From: Myxococcota bacterium
GTDB taxonomy: Bacteria; Myxococcota_A; UBA796; CAJQPC01
Length of the DNA: 30,725 bases
NCBI GenBank assembly: GCA_036229005.1
Contig: JAZAMN010000001.1
Span: 1-30,725 of the forward strand
Reading direction: 5' to 3'
In this document: one piece after another, positions 19,525-27,129 of the stretch
Position numbering within the stretch: the first letter of the stretch is position 1
Layout of the letters: every line of letters starts with the position of its first letter
Notes under the pieces: generated by a model
Database searches by the model: none
The model's input: only the letters and a program-made list of their open reading frames with translations
What the model was told of the DNA's origin: nothing
Program-made: the position numbers and the translations under genes

Positions 19525-20148
19525 GTGAAGAAGTGGCTGCCCTGGTTGTTGCTCCTGCTGCTCCCTGTCGTGGGGGTGAAGGGCTGGCGTGCCTGGGACC
19601 AGGCTCGCTTCGAGGGCAGCGGGCAGGTCGCTCCGGAGGCTCCTTGGCAGCAGAGCGTCGACGAGCGCCCCTTCTCCCATGGGCCTTGGATCCTGACCCC
19701 CCTGGCCCGCTTCTCGGTGGCCGCGCGGGTGCTCCACGCGAAGGACTACCGCGGAGAGCGCGACGGTGACGTGGTGCCGGTGGACCTGGCGCTTGGCTGG
19801 GGCGGGATGTCGGACCGCCGCGTGCTGGAGCACTTCCGCTTTGGTCAGCAGAACCGCTACTACACCTGGCGGGCCGACTCCTGGGTGCTCCCCCAGCGCG
19901 AGATCGTGCGCTCGTCGGCCAACATGCACCTGGTGCCCGCCACGCCGGAGATCGAGGCTGAGCTGCTCAAGGCGCGGCGGGGGGACGTGGTCTCCTTCTG
20001 GGGCTCCCTGGTGCGCATCGGCGGCGCGGAGCAGGCCTGGATCTCCTCCCAGACGCGAGAGGATGACGGCGCTCGCGCCTGTGAGGTGGTGTACGTGGAG
20101 GCCTTTCGTCGCGTTCCCGTCGCGGAGTATCCAGCCGTCCCGCAGTAG
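19525..20148 (+). CDS. Conserved hypothetical membrane-anchored protein
   Basis: N-terminal TM segment; ARVLHAKDY, PVDLALGWGGMSD, SSANMHLVPA, TREDDGARACE. Confidence 0.75.
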   Translation: MKKWLPWLLLLLLPVVGVKGWRAWDQARFEGSGQVAPEAPWQQSVDERPFSHGPWILTPLARFSVAARVLHAKDYRGERDGDVVPVDLALGWGGMSDRRVLEHFRFGQQNRYYTWRADSWVLPQREIVRSSANMHLVPATPEIEAELLKARRGDVVSFWGSLVRIGGAEQAWISSQTREDDGARACEVVYVEAFRRVPVAEYPAVPQ

Positions 20149-20195
20149 GGTGGCCAGCGGCGGCCCACCGGGTGATGGGGGCCGCGGAGGCCCCC

Positions 20196-20942
20196 ATGTT
20201 CCTGCTGCTCCTCGCTTGCACCGCCAACACCCCCCAAGACAGTGACAGCACCGCACCCGTGGACAGCGGTGAGCCCACCGACTCCGGAGACACCGGGGAC
20301 TCTGGCGACACCGGAGACACGGGGGAGGCCTTCGAGCCCTTGGCGGGCTTCGGGACTCTGAGCGGGGACTGCGGGGTGCTCGATGACACCGAGTGGGACT
20401 CCAGCGACCCCTTCCTGTTCGCCAACGTGCTGGATCTCGGCGAGGTGCAGTTCACGGACCAGGACCTGCTCGACGCCAGCCAGCCCATCCTGGACGAGGG
20501 CAACCTCAACCAGAGCAGCCTGTACTCGGAGATCTTCGCCTTCGAGGTCATGGCCCGCTGCGAGCTGGCCACCCTGCTCAAGACCGAGGGCGCGGTCAGC
20601 TACGACAACCCGGACGGCAAGAAGACCGACCTGCTGCTGAGCGTGGACGACCGGAAGATCGGCCTGAGCGTCGCCAGGGCCTTCACGTACCCGCCGGGGA
20701 CCCCCATGGACAGCGAGGGCGCCACCACCCTGCTGGAGAAGAAGCTGGGGGACCTGCCCATCTCCCAGCACAACGCCAGCGACGCCGACGAGTGGGAGCG
20801 CTCGATCCTCCACATCATCGCGGTGGACGCCCAACATGGCGAGATCATCGCGGAGACCTGGGGCGGGTTGGACAGCAGCCTGCGGGGGGACTACGGCCTG
20901 ATGGTCACCGTGACGGAGGGGCTCGACGAGGAGCTCTACTAG
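20196..20942 (+). CDS. Lipoprotein with D(S/T)G linker and AAC4-like (restriction-endonuclease-like fold) domain
   Basis: GGAGG then ATG 20196, MFLLLLAC; DSGDTGDSGDTGDTG; SSLYSEIFAFEV, LLKTE, GKKTDLL, IGLSVARA, LLEKKL, WERSILHI. Confidence 0.7.
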   Translation: MFLLLLACTANTPQDSDSTAPVDSGEPTDSGDTGDSGDTGDTGEAFEPLAGFGTLSGDCGVLDDTEWDSSDPFLFANVLDLGEVQFTDQDLLDASQPILDEGNLNQSSLYSEIFAFEVMARCELATLLKTEGAVSYDNPDGKKTDLLLSVDDRKIGLSVARAFTYPPGTPMDSEGATTLLEKKLGDLPISQHNASDADEWERSILHIIAVDAQHGEIIAETWGGLDSSLRGDYGLMVTVTEGLDEELY

Positions 20943-21021
20943 TCCGCCAGCGGAGCGCACCAGCGGGTGCGGTCGGACCACACGGAGACGGGAGGGGTTG
21001 GCGCTTTGCTCCCCAAGACCT

Positions 21022-21042
21022 TAACTGACCGCGGGTCACTTA
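21022..21042. promoter_or_regulatory. Palindromic operator upstream of tetR (probable autoregulation)
   Basis: TAAC-TGACC-GCG-GGTCA-CTTA abutting the AGGAGG SD. Confidence 0.65.
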
Positions 21043-21051
21043 GGAGGCTGG

Positions 21052-21687
21052 ATGAAGCGGGCGCGCGCAAAGGAGGACAAGCAGCGACGGCGGGAGGGAT
21101 TCCTCGCGGCCGCCGCTGAGCTCTTCGCGCAGGGGGACTACGAGGGCGTCACGATGTCGCAGGTCGCCGCCAAGGCGGGCCTGTCAAAGGGTACGGTCTA
21201 TCTGTATTTTCGGTCCAAGGAGGCGCTCTTTCTGGAGCTGCTGATGGACCAGCTTGAGCAGTGGTTCGCGGCGCTGGGCCCGGGGCTCGCGCTGGTCAAG
21301 GGGCGCCCGGCCGAAGACTTCGCTGCCGGGTTCGTCCTCTCGCTGCAGGTGCGCCCGCAGCTCCCCCGACTGCTCTCCCTGATGCACCTCGTCCTGGAGT
21401 CCAACCTGGACGCCGAGCAGGCCCGGGCCTTCAAGGAGCGCCTCCAGCAGGCCATGCTCCCTGTGGCCCAGCAGGTCGAGGACACCCTGGGCCTGCCTCG
21501 GGGGCGCGGCATGCCCCTGCTGCTGCACATCCACGCCCTGGTCCTGGGGCTCCAGCAGGCAGCCCCCCACACCGACGTGCTGCGGGAGGTCCTGGCGGAT
21601 CCCGCCCTCGCCAACCTGCACGTCGACTTCCACCCCGAGCTCCAGCGCGCCGTCGCGGCCCTGGTGCGCGGGCAGGAGCGCGGCTGA
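21052..21687 (+). CDS. TetR family transcriptional regulator
   Basis: YEGVTMSQVAAKAGLSKGTVYLYFRSKEALFL HTH. Confidence 0.92.
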   Translation: MKRARAKEDKQRRREGFLAAAAELFAQGDYEGVTMSQVAAKAGLSKGTVYLYFRSKEALFLELLMDQLEQWFAALGPGLALVKGRPAEDFAAGFVLSLQVRPQLPRLLSLMHLVLESNLDAEQARAFKERLQQAMLPVAQQVEDTLGLPRGRGMPLLLHIHALVLGLQQAAPHTDVLREVLADPALANLHVDFHPELQRAVAALVRGQERG

Positions 21688-22875
21688 GTGTCCCTGTACC
21701 TGGTCTGTCCGCCGGGCCTCGAGCCCGCCGTCGCCGAAGAGGCCGAAGAGCTCCTGGGGGTCCCCGTCCAGCCCGGCCAGGGCGGCGTGGATGCCCCCGG
21801 CGACATGGTCGATGCCGCTGGCCTCTGCCTGTGGGCCCGCACCCCCTCCCGGGTGCTCCTGGTCTTGGGTGAGGTGCGCGCCGCCTCCCTCCAGCAGCTC
21901 GAACAGGAGCTGCGCAAGCTGGACTGGAGCCCCATCGTGCACCCCGGCCAGGAGGTCAAGGTGCGCGTGGGCGGCCGCGGTCGCATCAAGCACCACGGCG
22001 CCGCCGGGGACAAGGTCAGCCACGCCATCAACGACGCCCTCCGGGGACCCCAGCGCGGGGGCAATCCGCGGGGTGGCAATCCGCGGGGTGGGCGAGGTGC
22101 TCCCCGAGGGCGCGGTCGTCCCCCCGGTCGGGGCGCTCCTCCTCAGCGCGGTCGCGGTCCCGCCCTCCCTCCCCTGGAGCTCAGCCTGCGCCTGGACGAG
22201 CGCATCGCCCGCATCTCCCTGGACGCCGGCGGGCTGCTCCACAAGCGCGGCTATCGCCTGGCCAGCGCCAAGGCCCCCATCCGGGAGAACCTCGCCGCCA
22301 GCCTCCTGCGCATGGCTGGCTGGCGCCCCGGCGTCCCGTTGGTGGACCCCATGTGTGGCGCCGGCACCTTCTCCATCGAAGCCGGCCTCTGGTCCGCGGA
22401 TCTGCCCCCCAGCGGCCAGGTGCCCGCCGTCACCCAGCTCCCCGGTTTCCCTGCCGGAGCCTGGGAGCAGATGCTCCAGGAGGCCCACCAGTCCCAGGGC
22501 GACCCTCTGGAGGCGCCGATCTGGACCGCCGACCGGGACCCTGGCGCTTGCCGCGTCACCCAGGAGAACGCCAGCCGAGCCGGCCTCCACATCGCCCCCG
22601 CCTGCAAGGACATCGGCGAGCCCTTCGCCGCCCCTCCCCAGGGCACCGGGCTGGTCGTCCTCAACCCGCCCTACGGCAAGCGCGTCGCGGACAACGTCAA
22701 GCTCGCCCCGCTCTACCGCAAGATCGGGTCCTCTCTGCGCGCCCAGTTCCCCGGGTGGCGCGTCGCCGTCGTCTGCCCCGACAAGGCCCTGGCGGGGCGC
22801 ATCGCCAAGATGAACGAACTCTGTCGCTTTTCCAACGGCGGCATCAACGTGGGCATCTACGTCGGTACTCTCTGA
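21688..22875 (+). CDS. THUMP-domain class I SAM-dependent RNA methyltransferase (RlmL-like) with RGG-rich insertion
   Basis: PPGLE, LHKRGYR, KAPIRENLAA, LVDPMCGAGTF, NPPYG. Confidence 0.88.
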   Translation: MSLYLVCPPGLEPAVAEEAEELLGVPVQPGQGGVDAPGDMVDAAGLCLWARTPSRVLLVLGEVRAASLQQLEQELRKLDWSPIVHPGQEVKVRVGGRGRIKHHGAAGDKVSHAINDALRGPQRGGNPRGGNPRGGRGAPRGRGRPPGRGAPPQRGRGPALPPLELSLRLDERIARISLDAGGLLHKRGYRLASAKAPIRENLAASLLRMAGWRPGVPLVDPMCGAGTFSIEAGLWSADLPPSGQVPAVTQLPGFPAGAWEQMLQEAHQSQGDPLEAPIWTADRDPGACRVTQENASRAGLHIAPACKDIGEPFAAPPQGTGLVVLNPPYGKRVADNVKLAPLYRKIGSSLRAQFPGWRVAVVCPDKALAGRIAKMNELCRFSNGGINVGIYVGTL

Positions 22876-22893
22876 GCCCACCTCGGAGTCTAC

Positions 22894-23655
22894 ATGTTCG
22901 ACCTGTCCACCAAGACCGTCCTCGTCACCGGCGCCAGCCGGGGTATCGGCGAGGCCATCGCCCTCCGAGCCGCCCAGGCGGGCGCCCGCGTCATCCTGGT
23001 CTCCCGCAAGAAGGAGGGGCTGGACTCGGTGGCGGACAGCATCGAGCGGTCCACCTCCCAGAGGCCCCTGGTGATGCCCTGTCATGTCGGCCAGATCGGC
23101 GCCATCGAGGACCTCTTTGGCCAGCTCGACGACCAGGGCATCCTGGTGGACTCGCTGGTCTGCAATGCGGCCACCAACCCCTACTTTGGCCCGATGATGG
23201 GCCTGGAGTGGGCCGCCTGGGACAAGACCTTCGACGTCAACCTCAAGGGCAGCTTCGCCCTCTCGCGCGCCTGCGCCCAGCGCCTGATCGCCGCCGGAAA
23301 GCCCGGCTCCATCGTCATGACGTCCAGCATCTACGGGATGATGGGCGCGCCCTTCCAGGGGGTCTACGCCATGACCAAGGCGGCCATGATCTCCCTGACG
23401 CGCACCCTCGCCGCCGAGTGGGGCCAGGCCGGCATCCGGGTCAACGCCATCGCCCCCGGGCTGGTCGAGACGCGCTTCGCCTCCGCCATCGTGAACAACC
23501 CCCAGATGGCCAAGGTGTTCACCAAGCGCGCCGCCCTGGGGCGCCACGGCCAGCCCAATGAGATCAGCGGCCTGGTCGCCTTCCTGCTCTCCGACGAGGC
23601 CAGCTTCATGACCGGCACCGCCATCCCGGTGGACGGCGGCTACATCGACGGCTGA
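22894..23655 (+). CDS. SDR family oxidoreductase (DHRS4/FabG-like)
   Basis: TGASRGIG, NAATNPYFGP, YAMTK, IRVNAIAPGLVETRF, VDGG. Confidence 0.92.
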   Translation: MFDLSTKTVLVTGASRGIGEAIALRAAQAGARVILVSRKKEGLDSVADSIERSTSQRPLVMPCHVGQIGAIEDLFGQLDDQGILVDSLVCNAATNPYFGPMMGLEWAAWDKTFDVNLKGSFALSRACAQRLIAAGKPGSIVMTSSIYGMMGAPFQGVYAMTKAAMISLTRTLAAEWGQAGIRVNAIAPGLVETRFASAIVNNPQMAKVFTKRAALGRHGQPNEISGLVAFLLSDEASFMTGTAIPVDGGYIDG

Positions 23656-23677
23656 GGGGGCACCCCAGAGAGGGGGC

Positions 23678-24535
23678 TCAGTTGAAGCGCCCGCCCAGGG
23701 TGAACACCAGCCCCTGCAGGCGTGCCTGGGAGATGTTCAGGTCGTTCAGGTCCACGATGTCGCGGTAGTCGTAGGACAGCCGCGCGTAGAGCGTGGGGTT
23801 GACCCGGTAGGAGGCGCCCACCCGCAGGTGGTAGTTCCACTGGCGGTTGATGTAGCCCAGCATCGGGTCAAAGTGCAGCATGAGCTGCCCGGCGTGCAGG
23901 GTGGTGTAGCTGCGCACGCCGGCGCCGTACTCGGTCTGCACGTCGTTGCCCTGGGACACCAGCAGCGAGGGCTGCGCGGTGTACATCAACATCGGCGAGG
24001 CGATGGTGACGCTGGGGCCCACGTCCGTCTCCGCCAGCCAGTCCTCGCCGTCGGACAGGGTGCTGTTCATGATGCCGGCCCCGACGGGGCCGAAGCGGAC
24101 CTGAGCGTTCGCGGTGAGCGCACCCACCCCGCCGTTGATCACACCTCCTCCTCCCTCCAGGATCATGTCGGGCCCCCAGTAGCGGATGGTGTATTCGTCG
24201 CTCTCGCGGGTGTCGGGGACCCCGTGCTTCTCGTTGACCTTGTTGATGCCGACCACGGCCACGCCGCCAGCCGCCACGCTGCCGCCCTTCGCGACCACGC
24301 CGGCGGTCTTCTTGCGCTTGCGGGCCTGCCGCTCCTCGCAGAACTGGGGCGCCTCGATCTTGCACTCCTGCAGGCACTCTCGGTCGCCCGGTTCGCACTC
24401 GGCGCGGCACTCCTTGATGTACGCGGACTCGCAGGTGTCCTTGGTGACCTTCTCGCGGTCACCGTGCTTCTGGTCCTTGTAGTCGTCCAAGGTGCCAGCG
24501 GCGGCCAGGGTGCTCAGGGCGATCAGCAGGGGCAT
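23678..24535 (-). CDS. Putative outer-membrane beta-barrel protein with N-terminal 6-Cys helical domain
   Basis: GGAG then ATG 24535 (MPLLIALSTLAAA); CX7CX3CX6CX3CX7C; amphipathic strands ending LVFTLGGRFN. Confidence 0.65.
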   Translation of the reverse strand: MPLLIALSTLAAAGTLDDYKDQKHGDREKVTKDTCESAYIKECRAECEPGDRECLQECKIEAPQFCEERQARKRKKTAGVVAKGGSVAAGGVAVVGINKVNEKHGVPDTRESDEYTIRYWGPDMILEGGGGVINGGVGALTANAQVRFGPVGAGIMNSTLSDGEDWLAETDVGPSVTIASPMLMYTAQPSLLVSQGNDVQTEYGAGVRSYTTLHAGQLMLHFDPMLGYINRQWNYHLRVGASYRVNPTLYARLSYDYRDIVDLNDLNISQARLQGLVFTLGGRFN

Positions 24536-24578
24536 GGGCTCTCCAGATGCCCCCCTTACGTGCTCTGTCACCGTCCAT

Positions 24579-26558
24579 TCAAAGGCGCCAGGGGATTCCC
24601 AGCGCTTGGGCCCCCTCGCAGGCCGGCTCGCCAACCCAGACCACGGAGAGGAGCGCCTGCGCGGTGCTGGGATCGTTGGTGAACGCCACGCCGCCCGAGA
24701 GCTTGCCCTGCTCGACCTGCCGGGGGTGCTCCGCCCGCAGCCGCTCGGCGAACTCCGCGATCTCCCCGACCTGGCGCCGATGATGCAGGGTCCAGATCGC
24801 CGGCCGCCCGTGCCGCACCCAGCGCGCGATGCCCCGGGCGATGTGCCCCATGGTCATGCGCGGGTTCCGCTCCACCACCGGGAAGAGCCGCGGCCCCTGC
24901 GCGCCCTCGTAGACCAGGCCGTCGATGTTCCAGAGGCCCTGGTGGGGAGCCTGCTCGCCCAGCGCCCGGTAGAGCCGCAGCGTCGCCTTGTCCTGCGACA
25001 GCAGCCTACGGATCGGCCCGGGCAGCGCGCCCCAGGGTTCACTCAGCACTTGCCCGCGCCAGGTCCCCTGCGCATCCACCAGCGGCCGGGACAGACCCAG
25101 CAGGCGGGTGCCCTTGTAGAGCGCGCTCACGTCACTCAACCGGGGGAGCAGCGGCTCGACCACCACGGCCCCGTGCGCCTTCAGGCTGCGCTCCACCCAC
25201 GCGGTCGGTAGCGCCTCGTCTGCACCCAGGCGTCGTTGACCCTGTCCGGAGCTGGCCAGATCCTGCTTGATGAGGAGGGGAGTCCTGGGCAGTCGGGACC
25301 TGAGCTCCTCAACCTCTGACAGGCTGCGTGCGACCCACCCCGTCTCAACCCCGCCCCCAACGAGGTCACCCTGGCCCTGACCGATCTGCTCGCGGGCCAC
25401 CCGGTGGGCGAGGGCGCGCAGCTCCAGGTCGGCGGACTTGCGGTAGGGCTCCAGGGACCAGGAGAGCTCGGGGCGGATGGCCTGGGCCTCGGGGCTGGGT
25501 CCGAAGGGGCGGAACTCCCCCAGGCCGCGACCCTGGAGGCTCTGCGGGTTGGGGACCCACTCCGGCAGGGGCACGCCCAGGTCCTGCCACTGCCGCAGCC
25601 ACCCGGGACTGGGGGCCTGCTCGGCGAGCACGGCGTCGTCGCGACGAGACAGGAACATCGGCAGGCAGGCCAGATCCCGGCGCAGGGCCTTGACCGCCTT
25701 GGACGGCCCGCCGCCCAGCAGACTGGCCTCGCAGCCGGGGTTGAACCACCACAGGGTCGGGGGCCGGCCCTTGGTGCGCCCGTAGACCTGCAGGCGCTCG
25801 ATCCAGTCGGTGTCAAATCCGGCTTTCTTCCGGCCATCCAGGTCAAAGGGCTTGCCCTTGGCGCGGGCCGGGGTCAGGGGCTCCAGCAGGGCGGCCTCGA
25901 AGGCGCTCCAGTCGTCCAGGCGCTGGTCCTTCCACTTGCGGTACCAGTGCAGTCCGTGGCGCACGTGGCCGATCTCGTCGGCGCGCACCTTCTCCATCAT
26001 CTGGGCGCTCTGGGTGTCGCCCACCTGGGTGAAGGCCTGGCCAAAGCGCAGGCAGAAGTCCAGGTTGGCCTGCTCGAAGCAGAGGCTCAGCCCCGAGCAG
26101 TAGTGGATCGGGTGCGACATCGGTCGCAGCGTCGTCCAGAAGAAGGGGCTGTTGTGGAGCTCGCCGAACTCCACGCCCAGCTCGGTCATGCGGGCCAGGT
26201 AGCGCCGCAGGTGGTCCTGCTCTTCGCGCAGGGTGTGGACGATGCCGCGGCGGAAGGCGGCGGGCGCGTCGGGGAAGCGCACCAGCGCCAGGGCCATCAG
26301 CTCCATCGCCAGCAGCTCGTGGTTGGCGAAGAAGTGGAGCACCTGTCCGCGCGCCCGGTCGTCGTCGAGCTGGCCCAGCCCGGGGAAGGGCGACTTGTCC
26401 CGGGGAAGATCCAGGCGCAGGCGTTCAGGGCGAGCGGGCCAGATCGGGCCCTCCCACTGGGGACCTCGGTGGGCGTCGCTCAGGCTGGGGGGGCAGGCGA
26501 GCTTGTCCTCCAGCTTGGGGGAGCGCAGGATCTGCTCGGCGAGGGCGCGGATCTCCAT
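24579..26558 (-). CDS. DUF455 ferritin-like diiron domain fused to an ATP-grasp-like domain
   Basis: HFFANHELLAMELMA, EEQDH, FEQANLDF, DEIGHV (ExxH pairs); C-terminal WWFNP, LIKQDLASSGQG, VVVEP, NIDGLVY, VERNPRMTMG. Confidence 0.8.
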   Translation of the reverse strand: MEIRALAEQILRSPKLEDKLACPPSLSDAHRGPQWEGPIWPARPERLRLDLPRDKSPFPGLGQLDDDRARGQVLHFFANHELLAMELMALALVRFPDAPAAFRRGIVHTLREEQDHLRRYLARMTELGVEFGELHNSPFFWTTLRPMSHPIHYCSGLSLCFEQANLDFCLRFGQAFTQVGDTQSAQMMEKVRADEIGHVRHGLHWYRKWKDQRLDDWSAFEAALLEPLTPARAKGKPFDLDGRKKAGFDTDWIERLQVYGRTKGRPPTLWWFNPGCEASLLGGGPSKAVKALRRDLACLPMFLSRRDDAVLAEQAPSPGWLRQWQDLGVPLPEWVPNPQSLQGRGLGEFRPFGPSPEAQAIRPELSWSLEPYRKSADLELRALAHRVAREQIGQGQGDLVGGGVETGWVARSLSEVEELRSRLPRTPLLIKQDLASSGQGQRRLGADEALPTAWVERSLKAHGAVVVEPLLPRLSDVSALYKGTRLLGLSRPLVDAQGTWRGQVLSEPWGALPGPIRRLLSQDKATLRLYRALGEQAPHQGLWNIDGLVYEGAQGPRLFPVVERNPRMTMGHIARGIARWVRHGRPAIWTLHHRRQVGEIAEFAERLRAEHPRQVEQGKLSGGVAFTNDPSTAQALLSVVWVGEPACEGAQALGIPWRL

Positions 26559-26594
26559 GCAGGCGCTCTATTGGCGGGCTGGGGCCAGACGCAA

Positions 26595-26636
26595 CTCGGG
26601 CCCGGCCTTCTGCAGCGCAGCGTGACCGGGCCCGAG
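26595..26636 (-). terminator. GC-rich 11-bp inverted repeat downstream of the HMA gene (possible terminator)
   Basis: CTCGGGCCCGG-N20-CCGGGCCCGAG; no strong U tract. Confidence 0.4.
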
Positions 26637-26653
26637 GCAGCGAGGTCGCCGGT

Positions 26654-26989
26654 TCAGGCGTTCGCGGCGGTGTAGCCGGTGGCCTTGATGGCCTCCAGGA
26701 TGGCGTCGGCGTTGGTCTTGTCGGCGTCGAAGGACACCTTGGCCACGCCGTTCTGGTAGTCGACGGCCACGGCGTTGACGCCGTCGATGGCCTTGATGGC
26801 GGCGGTCACCTTGTTGGAGCAGTCGCCGCAGCTCATGCCCTCGACGGAGAAGGAGGCCTTGGCGCCGTCAGCGGCCTCGACCTTCTGGGCGGCCTCCTGG
26901 TAGGCGGCGGCGTCGGCCATGGGGCAGGCCATGGCAGCGGAGGAGAAGGAGAAGGCGAGGGCGGAAGCGAGGGCGATCTTGCGAAGCAT
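26654..26989 (-). CDS. Exported heavy-metal-associated (HMA, MerP/CopZ-like) protein
   Basis: Signal MLRKIALASALAFSFSSAAMA; FSVEGMSCGDC...IKATGY. Confidence 0.9.
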   Translation of the reverse strand: MLRKIALASALAFSFSSAAMACPMADAAAYQEAAQKVEAADGAKASFSVEGMSCGDCSNKVTAAIKAIDGVNAVAVDYQNGVAKVSFDADKTNADAILEAIKATGYTAANA

Positions 26990-27129
26990 CAGGACTCCAG
27001 AGGGGCTCGGTTGTCAGGTGGCTGCTCTCCCAGAGCAGCAGCGGTCAGTGGCAGCATGACATGAGTCATGTGCGACTGACCACTGAGAAGCGCCCGGGGC
27101 GCTCGGGCCTGTCAGGCCTCGTTCAGGAC

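Noticed and set aside
4343..26675. Many long alternative-frame ORFs (e.g. 4343..6502, 9358..11370, 11240..12976, 21184..23547, 25404..26675)
   Set aside because: They overlap motif-supported genes and have compositions typical of high-GC shadow frames.
26989..27069. 26-aa uORF MTHVMLPLTAAALGEQPPDNRAPLES ending in a TGATG overlap with the HMA start
   Set aside because: No SD, start buried in a hairpin, no informative residue bias; may be chance.
27039..27129. NiCo (czcD) riboswitch upstream of the HMA gene
   Set aside because: The hairpins are serial and the conserved junction residues and four-way closure are not evident; needs Infernal to exclude formally.
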